Notes: generated from the sequence alone by a model not told the origin. Positions 30,979 to 40,184 are shown, counted from the first letter of the stretch. The stretch is 41,391 nt of DNA from Lentisphaerota bacterium (GCA_012520735.1 JAAYNR010000019.1:1-41391); one strand, 5' to 3'. Numbers and translations: made by a program.

Positions 30979-31044
30979 GAGTGAGTGCAGTAAGGTCTCC
31001 ACGGTACATGATTGGCCGGGAGACCATAGGAAAGGACATGTGAA

Positions 31045-32079
31045 ATGTCGATTCGTCTGAGTCGTTTTGAGATGCCCAAGAGGGTGATAAAGGAAGAAGC
31101 TGGCGCAACTACTACATACTGCCGGTTTGTAGCCGAGCCGTTTGAGGTAGGTTATGCGCGTACATTGGGCAATTCGTTGCGCCGTGTGCTACTCTCTTCA
31201 ATTGAGGGCGTGGCGATAACTTCAGTCCGTATCAAAGGCGCTGAGCATGAGTTTTGCAGTCTGCCTGGGGTGCAGGAGGATGTCACAGATATCATTCTCA
31301 ACCTTAAGCAGGTGTTGCTCAAGAGCTATTTGCGTGAGCCGCGTTGGTTGTCGTTGCACCGTAAAGGGCCGTGTACTGTCACAGCCGCTGACTTTGAAAC
31401 CGATAACAGTATTGAGGTTCTTAACCCGGCACAGCCTATTGCTACACTCGCTGTTGATGGCGAACTCGATATGGAGATCGAGGTCTGTACTGGACGTGGC
31501 TTTTTCCCGGCTGAGTGGAATAAGTCAGACGATCAGGAGATCGGGCGTATTGCGATCGATAGCATTTTTTCGCCGGTAACTCGTGTTAACTTTGTGGCTG
31601 AGAATACTCGTGTAGGTCAGCGGACTGACTACGAGAAGCTCATCATCGATATCTGGACCGACGGCCGTGTTGATCCTGACGACGCACTGAAAACAGCCGC
31701 CAGTATTCTGCGTCACCACCTTGATGTCTTTGTTGACTACAGCGAAGAGATTGTGGAGTTTGAGGAGGCGGAGCGCAAGGTTGATGAAGAGCGGGAGCGT
31801 CTGCGCCGTATTCTCAACATGAGCGTTAACGAGATTGAACTCAGTGTGCGTGCCGCAAACTGCTTGAATAACGCCAATATCACTACAGTTGGTGAGCTGG
31901 CATCCAAGTCTGAAGCCGATATGCTGAAATACCGCAACTTTGGTAAGAAATCGTTGAATGAGATCAAGGAGAAGCTGAGTCAGCTTGGCCTCGGCCTTGA
32001 TTATAAGTTCGACCCCGAACTCCTTGAGCCGCACGACGAAGAGCCGTCGTACGAGGTCAGTGAGCAAACATTAACTTAA
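31045..32079 (+). CDS. rpoA: DNA-directed RNA polymerase subunit alpha
   Basis: 344 aa with an N-terminal domain (GNSLRRVLLSSIEG) and a C-terminal domain (ELSVRAANCLNNANITTVGEL). Confidence 0.97.
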   Translation: MSIRLSRFEMPKRVIKEEAGATTTYCRFVAEPFEVGYARTLGNSLRRVLLSSIEGVAITSVRIKGAEHEFCSLPGVQEDVTDIILNLKQVLLKSYLREPRWLSLHRKGPCTVTAADFETDNSIEVLNPAQPIATLAVDGELDMEIEVCTGRGFFPAEWNKSDDQEIGRIAIDSIFSPVTRVNFVAENTRVGQRTDYEKLIIDIWTDGRVDPDDALKTAASILRHHLDVFVDYSEEIVEFEEAERKVDEERERLRRILNMSVNEIELSVRAANCLNNANITTVGELASKSEADMLKYRNFGKKSLNEIKEKLSQLGLGLDYKFDPELLEPHDEEPSYEVSEQTLT

Positions 32080-32120
32080 TTGTTTAAAGGCGGCCTGAGC
32101 CGCCGTTGGAGCGGAGCACT

Positions 32121-32537
32121 ATGCGCCATCGCAAAATAGCTAAAAAATTCGGCCGTAGCACGGCCCACCGCGAGCAGCTTTTACGCTCGCTGGTTGTAAA
32201 CCTTATCCTTTGTGACCGTATCGAAACTACGCTGCCTAAGGCCAAACAGGCCCGGCGTGATGCTGAGAAGATGGTTACACTGGCTCGCAAGGGGACACTT
32301 GCGGCGCGGCGTCTGGCAGCATCGCGTCTTCATAGCCCCAAGGCTGTACAGAGACTGTTTGACTCTGTAGTGCCTGAGCTTGCGGGACGTCCCGGTGGCT
32401 ATACCCGTATCATTAAAACAGGCCAACGCCGTGGCGATAACGCTGAGATGGCACTGATTGAGTGGGTGAAGGAACCCGTAGTGGGGTTAGAGCCGGTTGC
32501 CGGTGAGCCTCCTGTGGTTGCTGATACCGGAGCTTGA
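32121..32537 (+). CDS. rplQ: 50S ribosomal protein L17
   Basis: 138 aa from ATG 32121 with MRHRKIAKKFGRSTAHREQLLRSLV and GGYTRI. Confidence 0.96.
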   Translation: MRHRKIAKKFGRSTAHREQLLRSLVVNLILCDRIETTLPKAKQARRDAEKMVTLARKGTLAARRLAASRLHSPKAVQRLFDSVVPELAGRPGGYTRIIKTGQRRGDNAEMALIEWVKEPVVGLEPVAGEPPVVADTGA

Positions 32538-32563
32538 GCAGAGCAGTATCTCTGATACTGGTG

Positions 32564-32600
32564 AAAAGGCCGCGCTATACAGCGCGGCCTTTTTTATTTT
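32564..32600. terminator. bidirectional intrinsic terminator shared by rplQ and the convergent GT2 gene
   Basis: AAAAGGCCGCGC-TATACA-GCGCGGCCTTTTTTATTTT forms an 8-bp GC stem (32568-32575/32582-32589) flanked by an A-run and a T-run. The GT2 stop codon lies in the T-run. Confidence 0.85.
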
Positions 32601-33640
32601 ACCGCCGGTGGTGTAGATTGCCAAGTGTCGCGGCTTACTGGTGCCTGCCGATGGCCTGTAATTTTGGCCAGCGTAGCCGTGCCGTAGAGCCATAGTGTGA
32701 TCCAGCAGGCCGGTATATGGTAGAGCCAGGCGCGATCCGGCCGGCGCATATAACCGCGCACCATCTGGTAGAGGAGCGGCCATACCAGAACAGTCGCTAT
32801 ACAGAAGAGAACTACTCCCGAACGTTTCTGCTGATCCCAGGGGTAAGTGCGCTCTCTGGTCTGCGAGAAGTAGAGATAGTCGCGGATGCGCCGACGCTGC
32901 TTGCGGGCGAAGTCGCCCAAACGGGTGCAGTAGAGGTGTATAATACCGGTTTTGACTTTGGCTATCTGCGTATGGCCGGCACAGACAGCCTGATGCACTA
33001 CATCGATATCAAAAAAGTAGGGGTGCCACTGCACCTCCTCCAGCAACAAACGGTGGAAAATGAACCCATTTGCCCCGATGGTCGGCAACGCCTGCGGGGT
33101 TAAGGAGACCTCCAGATAGTCGCCACAATCGGTCTGCTCCAGTTTAACGCCGGTCCATTTACCGGTCACAGCGCAGTAACGGTCGTAGTTGCCAATAAAG
33201 AGGCAGAGCGGATCATTCATCCCCAACATGGCAAAATAGCGTGTCAGAGGGTGGTCAGCAGGACGTACCGTATAATGCAGCGGCTCACTGGCAACTATCC
33301 CGGCATTTTTAAAAGGAGCCGTCATCCGTTCCAGCCAGTTGCGGTCAGGGAGGATATTGTCGCTGTCAATTAAGGCGATTAAAGCCCCGTTACTGGCGGT
33401 GATCCCGGCTGCTTTCCCGGCTTCACCGGTTTTCAGCTCATTAGTCACCACTTTATCGACTCCACAACGTTGCGCAATCTCAACTGTTTCATCCTGCGAT
33501 CCGGCATCAGCAATTACAATCTCATACTCACTGCGCGGCATGGTTTGATCAGTGATCGCCTGCAGGCATTGTTGCAACGTCGCCGCTGAATTAAGCGTCG
33601 GGATAATAATCGATAATAACGGTTCATGTGTCAGCTTCAT
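32594..33640 (-). CDS. family 2 glycosyltransferase with C-terminal TM segments
   Basis: 348 aa. The N-terminus LSIIIPTLNSAATL...VIADAGSQDET...ALIDSDN is a GT-A/GT2 signature. Hydrophobic helices occur near the C-terminus. Confidence 0.8.
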   Translation of the reverse strand: MKLTHEPLLSIIIPTLNSAATLQQCLQAITDQTMPRSEYEIVIADAGSQDETVEIAQRCGVDKVVTNELKTGEAGKAAGITASNGALIALIDSDNILPDRNWLERMTAPFKNAGIVASEPLHYTVRPADHPLTRYFAMLGMNDPLCLFIGNYDRYCAVTGKWTGVKLEQTDCGDYLEVSLTPQALPTIGANGFIFHRLLLEEVQWHPYFFDIDVVHQAVCAGHTQIAKVKTGIIHLYCTRLGDFARKQRRRIRDYLYFSQTRERTYPWDQQKRSGVVLFCIATVLVWPLLYQMVRGYMRRPDRAWLYHIPACWITLWLYGTATLAKITGHRQAPVSRDTWQSTPPAVK

Positions 33641-33711
33641 AAAACTGCCTCATACAATGAACCTACCTTAACAAACCTGCACGCCCTTTGTCCAGTATGC
33701 AGTGGTTTGTC

Positions 33712-34491
33712 TTATGAGGTAACTGCGGCGGCCATTCGCCTGCCCAGCTCCAGTTTGGCGGTTTTATTGAAATGAAGTTGGTCGTAGAGCAATGGTTGCA
33801 AGTCTAGAGTATCGATATAGGTAAAGCTCTTATCCCGAGCCGCTAATGCTGCCTGCTCCCGACGCACAATATCCCGTCGTTCGCCTGGTGCTGCAATGCC
33901 GCCAATGATTACCCGCATATTTGCAGCATATGGTAGATCTGCACGCAGATTAGCGGCAAGAAGCTGTAGGCGTTCACCCGACACCACCGCCTGTTCATCG
34001 CTATCGCTCTCACCCTGCACATAGAGCAATGCCTCAATCACCACTTCCCGCTGCTGTGGCAGTGCTGCCAGTGCTCCTTTAACGGTCTCCATTACATGTC
34101 GATACATGTGGTTATCCTCGCCATCTTTAACCCAGAAACCGTTACCGCCACCGCCACGACTCGCCTTGATAATCGCGAAATTATCGATACCGGCGGCTGC
34201 CAGGCTACGACCAAAACCGATCTCGGGGCCCCAGAAAATTGGGTTTGCCCCTTCGCCTTGTTGAAACTGGAGCGACTTGAACTCCCCACCGGAGTCGCCC
34301 AGCAGCACAGCCGGGCCATCACCACTCCTCGACGAGCGGTTACTCCAATAGAGAGGGATCGCTTCATCAAGAGGATCAAATGGGGGCGGGCAACCCGGTT
34401 CAACAGGGTCAGCCGTAGAGCCCAGACTGTTTGATTGACCGGTTATTAAAAACAACCGCAGCCGACCATTTTTGCTAAGTAAAGTTTCCAT
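33712..34491 (-). CDS. SASA/DUF303-type carbohydrate acetylesterase (sialate O-acetylesterase-like)
   Basis: 259 aa with FLITGQSNSLG near the N-terminus and YVQGESD, the two hallmark blocks of the family. No signal peptide. Confidence 0.65.
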   Translation of the reverse strand: METLLSKNGRLRLFLITGQSNSLGSTADPVEPGCPPPFDPLDEAIPLYWSNRSSRSGDGPAVLLGDSGGEFKSLQFQQGEGANPIFWGPEIGFGRSLAAAGIDNFAIIKASRGGGGNGFWVKDGEDNHMYRHVMETVKGALAALPQQREVVIEALLYVQGESDSDEQAVVSGERLQLLAANLRADLPYAANMRVIIGGIAAPGERRDIVRREQAALAARDKSFTYIDTLDLQPLLYDQLHFNKTAKLELGRRMAAAVTS

Positions 34492-34678
34492 GCGACCTAT
34501 TTTATGACTGCCCCTCTATCGCGTCAAGTACTGTGCGTTCAGAGTAGAAAAAGTATTATTGTGAACGTCAGCATAGACGATAGCCCTATCGGGTGAGTGC
34601 AGACACGGAGCTCCGCCGGCACGAGATTGAGATGAAGTGGTGAGGGCCGTGCGTAAACTCCTCTGGAGGCTGAAACTC

Positions 34679-35791
34679 TCAGGGTTTTGGGCTCTGTAAT
34701 AACGTTTTAAGCTCGGGGAATAGTTTGCGTTGAAAGTTGCGTTTTACCGTGCGCCCGTGGAAGTGGCGATCCATCATATCGAGCAGGGTGTCATAATCTT
34801 GCGGCAGGTGGGCGTGACCGCCTTCGCGTATGCACCAGGCGATCGATTGGGGTGCATCAAGAAGTTCAAACACGCGCCGTGCATCGAGGCAGGCGGCGTA
34901 GGTGCCGGCCGGGTTGGCACCGGGATCTTCGTAGGCATCGGTGATTAGTAACAGCCGTGGTGCTACCATGGCGTGGAGGAAGTGGTTGTCGTAGGGCAGT
35001 TCGGCGTCACGATAACGACACTTCCTGAATAGTTCGCCAAACCAGACTATATTACCGGAGCCGTAGAAAGAGTTGATTGTTTCGCTGCCGGCTCCTTTCA
35101 GGCGGTGCAACCCGGCACCGCCGATACCTGAGCAATTGGGGTTGGTCAGGGCGATCCGCTCATCAGTGGCACCGGCGAGAAGTGCCGTCTTGCCACCACG
35201 TGAGTGGCCAGTAACGGCGATGGCATCGGTGCGTACTTGCGGTAGTGTCAGCAGGGCGTCGACCGCACGTTGCATGGCCCAGGCCCAAACACTTAACTGG
35301 GCAAATTCGGCATCAGGGAAAAAGCGGTAGAGACCGCTTTTGCGGTGCTCCGGTGGGTTGTCGGCGGCTACTTCAGTGCGGTCGATCAGGGCAGCAATAT
35401 TGCCGCGTGCTACGATCTGCTGCACCACTCGCGGGCTGTGAAAATAGCGCCAGCAACCGTCGCCATCGAGCAACACGGGGAAGGGTCCCTCGCCCGGTGG
35501 CAGCCACAGCCAGAGGGTGAAACTGAGGCTACGGGTGGCATCAAAAAAGACGCGCACCTCATAGATATGGAAGCGGATGCCGGGCATATCGCGCGGCATT
35601 GAACGTGCCCGACACAACACCTCGGTCCGTTCGCCCTTTGGTGGCAGACCGCCAAACTGGTGGGGCAGAATCAGTTCAGTCAGCTCGGAGCGTCGTGCCG
35701 GCCAGTTATTGGCCGTCACCGCTGCACCGTTAGCGGATGTCAGCAGATCCGGCTTCAGTGGAAAAATATCACATTTCACAGCATCACTCAT
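34679..35791 (-). CDS. alpha/beta hydrolase, CE15 (glucuronoyl esterase)-like
   Basis: 370 aa from ATG 35791 (GGAGGA SD). VTGHSRGGKTALLAGATDERIAL resembles the CE15 G-C-S-R-x-G nucleophile block. The ORF-track start 35863 is an upstream extension. Confidence 0.55.
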   Translation of the reverse strand: MSDAVKCDIFPLKPDLLTSANGAAVTANNWPARRSELTELILPHQFGGLPPKGERTEVLCRARSMPRDMPGIRFHIYEVRVFFDATRSLSFTLWLWLPPGEGPFPVLLDGDGCWRYFHSPRVVQQIVARGNIAALIDRTEVAADNPPEHRKSGLYRFFPDAEFAQLSVWAWAMQRAVDALLTLPQVRTDAIAVTGHSRGGKTALLAGATDERIALTNPNCSGIGGAGLHRLKGAGSETINSFYGSGNIVWFGELFRKCRYRDAELPYDNHFLHAMVAPRLLLITDAYEDPGANPAGTYAACLDARRVFELLDAPQSIAWCIREGGHAHLPQDYDTLLDMMDRHFHGRTVKRNFQRKLFPELKTLLQSPKP

Positions 35792-35868
35792 AGTTCTCCT
35801 CCATTTGGTTGATAGTTTACCCTTCGGGCGGGTTACAGCCAAGAGTGAAAGTTGACTACACACCGGGA

Positions 35869-35898
35869 TTGCTGTAGAGGTGGGGGTTGTAGTATACT
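35869..35898 (+). promoter_or_regulatory. possible promoter for the methyltransferase gene
   Basis: TTGCTG (35869-35874), an 18-nt spacer, then TATACT (35893-35898), in the divergent intergenic region. Confidence 0.3.
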
Positions 35899-35940
35899 TG
35901 GGGCGTGGTTTACTAATAATAACTGTTTGCAGGAGGTGTT

Positions 35941-36693
35941 ATGAGATTGGCTAGATTTATAGTGGGGCGGATAGTGGTTTTGGTGGTGTGTACTGTAATG
36001 GCCGTGAATTTAATGGCGGAAGAGGGGGCAGCGGTTTATAAAACACCTGATTATGGAAAGTTTACTGAGGCGCAGGCTATTGGCTTTAACAAGACAGCCA
36101 AGTCTCGCGCTACTATCTACACAAGGTTAGCTGAGTATCTGGCGGGGCGTTTTGATTTGGGCGAGCGCAATGGAGTTGGCATAGATTTGGGGGGAGGCCC
36201 GGGCGATCTGGCGGTGGAGTTGGCAAAGCGAGGCGACCGTTTTTACTGGATAAACACCGATGTCAACTCCTGGAACAGTGGTTTAACGCTCACTCTGGCC
36301 CAAGAGCATAATGTTGCCGGTAAGGTAGGGTTTGTCTTTGCTGATGCCTGTAATTTACCGTTCAGGGATAATTATGCTGACCTGATGGTGTCGCGGGGTT
36401 CGTATCAGTTCTGGGGGAGTCTGGCTGATGGGATAAAAGAGGTACACCGTGTGTTGAAGCCGGGAGGCTGGGCATTTATCGGGCGTGGCTTCCCGCCTAA
36501 TGCACCGGAAGCGGAGGTGCGTGAGCTACGGGCAGGTGGATTGGCTAAGGCACCTAAATATGTCCCTGATGAAGATGCTATATTACTGCGCGAGATTGCC
36601 ACGGCATTAGGAGCCGCAAAAGTTGAGGTTATACGGCATAAACCTGAAGACGCCACCCTTAATTATGGGGTGTGGCTGGTGATGCAGAAGTAG
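35941..36693 (+). CDS. class I SAM-dependent methyltransferase with an N-terminal hydrophobic signal/anchor
   Basis: 250 aa with a strong AGGAGG SD 5 nt upstream. Motif I is GIDLGGGPGDL and the post-I/II blocks are present (FADACNLPF, VLKPGGWAF). Residues ~6-26 are hydrophobic. Confidence 0.75.
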   Translation: MRLARFIVGRIVVLVVCTVMAVNLMAEEGAAVYKTPDYGKFTEAQAIGFNKTAKSRATIYTRLAEYLAGRFDLGERNGVGIDLGGGPGDLAVELAKRGDRFYWINTDVNSWNSGLTLTLAQEHNVAGKVGFVFADACNLPFRDNYADLMVSRGSYQFWGSLADGIKEVHRVLKPGGWAFIGRGFPPNAPEAEVRELRAGGLAKAPKYVPDEDAILLREIATALGAAKVEVIRHKPEDATLNYGVWLVMQK

Positions 36694-36810
36694 GCAGCGT
36701 ATGGAGTGTCGATTTGCATAATAATTAAACTGGACTTTTTTTGAAAAATGGTAAATTTTATCTCTATTTATGCCTACAGGTTGGCGGAACATGTTTAAAA
36801 GGGTGAGCTT

Positions 36811-37827
36811 ATGAAACGGTTGATAGTATGTACTCTGGCAATTGTTGCGTGTGCAGCAATGGTAAAGGCTGATGAAGTTCAGTTTAAATCGGGCGATCGC
36901 CTGCAGGGTAAAGTAGTAAAAATGGGTGGCGGCAAGATGGTTTTTGCCTCTACCGTGGCTGGTACGGTAACGCTTAATATGAGCGATATCAAGACCTTTA
37001 CTACTGACGATCCTATTACGGTGGTGATGGCCGATGGTAGTGTGGCATCGCGCTCGGTGGCAGCGGCTGCAACTGCCGGTCAGGTGATGATGGCGGATGG
37101 TGCCGCAGCAGCACAGCCGGTGAATTTTGATGCTATTGGTGAGATCAATCCTCCAGAGGTTAAGTGGAGTGGTGTGGTTTCGGCCAGTGCCGCTTATGCT
37201 CGTGGTAACACCAAAAGTGAGACTACGGCACTGATGGCTGAAGCGACACGCCGTTCAAAGATTGATCGCAGCACTGTGGCTGCCGGTTATACACATGGCA
37301 AGCAGCGTAATAACGACACTCGTGAGACATCAACCAGTGCTGACAAGTGGTTTGCCAGTGCTCAGTATGATTATTTCTTCTCGTCTCAGCTCTATGGCTA
37401 CGCCAATATGAAGTATGAGAAAGACCGTATCGCTGATCTCGATATGCGGCTGATCCCCGGGCTCGGCGTTGGTTACCAGTGGATTGAGACCGATACCCTG
37501 CAGTTCTTCACAGAGGCTGGCGTGGCTTATGTTTATGAAAAATATACAGACCCCTCAAGCACTGAGAAAAACATCTCGGGGCGTCTGGCCTATCGCATTG
37601 AGAAAAAGGTCAATGATAAGGTCACTCTCTACCACTCACTTGAGTATGTCCCCAGCTTTGAGGATATCCATGTTTATCTGATTAACGCTGATGCCGGTTT
37701 GCGTGCCGCACTTACAGCGCGGCTCTCGTTTGATGCCAAGGCACAGTTAGCTTATGACTCCGAGCCTGCTCCCGGGCGGGATCGTCAGGATTGGCTCTAT
37801 CTGTGTGGCCTCGGCTGGACGTTCTAA
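36811..37827 (+). CDS. DUF481 (YdiY-like) outer-membrane beta-barrel protein
   Basis: 338 aa with signal peptide MKRLIVCTLAIVACAAMVKA. It has the DUF481 blocks GNTKSE, YDYFF and DSEPAPGRDRQD, and a terminal aromatic residue (WTF). Confidence 0.8.
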   Translation: MKRLIVCTLAIVACAAMVKADEVQFKSGDRLQGKVVKMGGGKMVFASTVAGTVTLNMSDIKTFTTDDPITVVMADGSVASRSVAAAATAGQVMMADGAAAAQPVNFDAIGEINPPEVKWSGVVSASAAYARGNTKSETTALMAEATRRSKIDRSTVAAGYTHGKQRNNDTRETSTSADKWFASAQYDYFFSSQLYGYANMKYEKDRIADLDMRLIPGLGVGYQWIETDTLQFFTEAGVAYVYEKYTDPSSTEKNISGRLAYRIEKKVNDKVTLYHSLEYVPSFEDIHVYLINADAGLRAALTARLSFDAKAQLAYDSEPAPGRDRQDWLYLCGLGWTF

Positions 37828-37835
37828 CTTTTAAA

Positions 37836-37866
37836 GCGCCTGCAAGTTGACGCTTGCAGGCGTTTT
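37836..37866 (+). terminator. intrinsic terminator after the DUF481 gene
   Basis: A 10-bp stem CGCCTGCAAG/CTTGCAGGCG (37837-37846/37853-37862) with a 6-nt loop, followed by TTTT. Confidence 0.75.
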
Positions 37867-37925
37867 GCTGTATACGGATATGGGACAACGCAGAGTCTCC
37901 TTTTAACTGGAGACGAGGAGGGGTT

Positions 37926-40088
37926 ATGGCAGCAGTAAATGATAAACACGTGTGGCGCTTTTACAGAGCCGGTGGTATTGATCAGGTGATGTTACGCAAA
38001 GGCGATGACATCGGTGAGTTGGCCGTTTTGGACCAGAAGTTGTGGACAGCGTTGAGCAGTCCGGTTAAAGGTATCCTTTTTGATCAGAAGACTTTAGATT
38101 TACTCGATACCGATAAAGACGGACGTATCCGCGTACCTGAGGTTTTCAGTGCTGTGGCCTGGTTGAAGAGGCGGCTGGCATCGCTCGATACACTGTTGCT
38201 CGGTTCGGACGAGGTTGTACTCTCTAGCTTTAACAGCGAGACTCCTGAAGGTAGCGAACTGCTGGCCACAGCTAAGAGAGTACTGACAAATCTGGGTAAA
38301 CCGGAGGCCGATGCTGTGACTTTGGCCGATGCAACCAATACTGTGGCGATTTTTGCCAATACCAAGCTCAACGGTGATGGTGTAATCCCGACAGATGCGG
38401 CTGACAGTGATGAACTTAAAGGGCTGATTACTGAGATCATGGCAACCGTAGGTGGTGTAGATGATCGGGCCGGTAAGCAGGGAGTCGACAAGGCTAAGGT
38501 TGAGGCATTTTTCACTGCTGTCGCGGCTTATGTAGAGTGGAGCAAAAAAGGCGACAAAACAGTTTTGCCGCTGGGTGATAAAACTGCCGCTGCTTATGCT
38601 GCTCTGGCGGTAGTACGTGCCAAAATTGACGACTACTTTGCCCGTTGCCGCTTGGCCGAGTTTGACAATCGTGCTGTAACGCCGTTGAACCGGGCTGAGT
38701 CGGAGTTTACAGAGCTGGCCGCTAACACGCTTACCGACAGCGAAGAGGGGCTCGATAAATTCCCGCTGGCGCGGATTGAGGCTGGTCGTGACTTGTCTCT
38801 TACTACAGGGATTAACCCGTATTGGGTGGCTGCTGTGGCTGCCTTCCGCACAGCAGTGGTTGTCCCCTTGCTGGGTGAAGGGAGTGACACCCTTTCGGCA
38901 GCGCAATGGCAGAGTCTCAAGGATACTCTGGCTCCGTACGAGGGGTGGATGAACTCCAAGGCTGGTGTTGAGGTTGCAGGTTTGGGTCTGGAGCGGCTGG
39001 AGGCTCTCCTTGGAAGTAAACTGCGTAAAGAGCTGGATGATCTGATAGAGGGCGATGCTGCTCTGGCTCCTGAATTGGCCAAAATCGACGATCTTGAGCG
39101 GCTGCTCCGGTATCATGCAAACTTTGACATATTGCTCGATAACTTCGTTAATATGTCGGACTTGTACGACCCCAAACGTCAGGCTGTTTTCCAGATGGGT
39201 ACGCTCTATATGGATGCGCGTGCCTGTACACTCTGCTTCCATGTAGATGACATTGAAGCCCATGCGGCACAGGCTGCCACCAGTAAATGTTGTTTGGCAT
39301 ATTGCACCCTCAAGCGTCCTGGCAGCAGCGAGACCAAACAGATTTGCGCCGCCTTTACGGCTGGTTTTGCGCGGACACTGTGGGTTGGTCGTAACGGTAT
39401 CTTCTACGACCGTGACGGCAAAGACTGGGAAGCGGTTATCGTTAAGATGGTCGACAACTCAATCAGTCTTAAAGAGGCTTTCTGGGATCCGTGGCGCAAA
39501 ATTGCCGAGATGATCGGCAATCAAGTCAAAAAAATTCTGGAGTCTAAAAATGAGGCGGTTCTTTCAGATGCTGCCAAGCGGATTGAGACCACGGCAGATG
39601 CTCCGGCGGCTGCTGATGTAGCGGCGGCTCCTAAGAAAATGGAGGGAGCTGCTTTAGCCTCTTCAGTAGCGGCCATAGGTATTGCTGTAGGCTTGGTAGG
39701 CTCTGCAATCGGTGGTTTGGTTAGTGTCATCGCAGGGTTGCCACTCTGGAAGACGGCTCTCGGGGTTGTGGCAGTGATTCTGATTGTCTCCGGGCCTTCA
39801 GTGATCCTGACATGGTTTAAGCTGCGAGGCCGCGATTTGGCTCCGATACTCAACGCCTGCGGCTGGGCGATAAACCGTCCGCTGCGGATGTCTCTCAAGC
39901 TGGCTCATCTCTTTACTCTGGAGGCAACGTTACCTAAAGGGGCGGAGCGCCAACTGGTTGATCCGTATGAAGACAAGAAAACACTACGCCGCAACTTCCT
40001 GCTGTTGTTGTTGCTTGTGGCTATTGCCTTGTGGTTGTGGGTCAACGGTTATCTGAACTCCATTGTCCCGGCTTCAATGGCACTGTAA
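37926..40088 (+). CDS. uncharacterised 720-aa EF-hand protein with C-terminal glycine-zipper/TM helices
   Basis: ATG 37926 follows a GGAGGAGGGG SD, whereas the ORF-track start 37854 lies inside the upstream terminator. A canonical EF-hand loop DTDKDGRIRVPE is at 38106-38141. C-terminal hydrophobic segments are AAIGIAVGLVGSAIGGLVSVIAGL, LGVVAVILIVSGPSVILTWF and FLLLLLLVAIALWLWV. Confidence 0.8.
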   Translation: MAAVNDKHVWRFYRAGGIDQVMLRKGDDIGELAVLDQKLWTALSSPVKGILFDQKTLDLLDTDKDGRIRVPEVFSAVAWLKRRLASLDTLLLGSDEVVLSSFNSETPEGSELLATAKRVLTNLGKPEADAVTLADATNTVAIFANTKLNGDGVIPTDAADSDELKGLITEIMATVGGVDDRAGKQGVDKAKVEAFFTAVAAYVEWSKKGDKTVLPLGDKTAAAYAALAVVRAKIDDYFARCRLAEFDNRAVTPLNRAESEFTELAANTLTDSEEGLDKFPLARIEAGRDLSLTTGINPYWVAAVAAFRTAVVVPLLGEGSDTLSAAQWQSLKDTLAPYEGWMNSKAGVEVAGLGLERLEALLGSKLRKELDDLIEGDAALAPELAKIDDLERLLRYHANFDILLDNFVNMSDLYDPKRQAVFQMGTLYMDARACTLCFHVDDIEAHAAQAATSKCCLAYCTLKRPGSSETKQICAAFTAGFARTLWVGRNGIFYDRDGKDWEAVIVKMVDNSISLKEAFWDPWRKIAEMIGNQVKKILESKNEAVLSDAAKRIETTADAPAAADVAAAPKKMEGAALASSVAAIGIAVGLVGSAIGGLVSVIAGLPLWKTALGVVAVILIVSGPSVILTWFKLRGRDLAPILNACGWAINRPLRMSLKLAHLFTLEATLPKGAERQLVDPYEDKKTLRRNFLLLLLLVAIALWLWVNGYLNSIVPASMAL

Positions 40089-40110
40089 GCCGGTTACAGA
40101 GGATATAAAT

Positions 40111-40148
40111 AAAAGAGAGCGGTGTGGTGACACGCCGCTCTCTTTTTT
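40111..40148. terminator. bidirectional intrinsic terminator between convergent genes
   Basis: AAAAGAGAGCGGTGTG-GTGA-CACGCCGCTCTCTTTTTT forms a 12-bp stem (one G-U pair) flanked by an A-run and a T-run. Confidence 0.85.
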
Positions 40149-40184
40149 AGTAACAGGCAATAAGTGATAAGCACCGTACTCTTA

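Noticed and set aside
34590-34640. GC-rich fragment (GCCCTATCGGGTGAGTGCAGACACGGAGCTCCGCCGGCACG) reminiscent of dispersed repeat elements
   Set aside because: There is a single partial copy, no clear palindrome and no second copy in the window to support a repeat call.
37854-37925. ORF-track start of the 744-aa ORF at 37854
   Set aside because: That start codon lies inside the DUF481 terminator hairpin. ATG 37926 has a GGAGGAGGGG SD.
38100-39263. 387-aa antisense ORF inside the EF-hand protein gene
   Set aside because: The sense frame has a strong SD, an EF-hand motif, TM helices and flanking terminators. The antisense translation is Cys/Gln/Ser-rich with no motifs, as is typical of frame -1 shadow ORFs.
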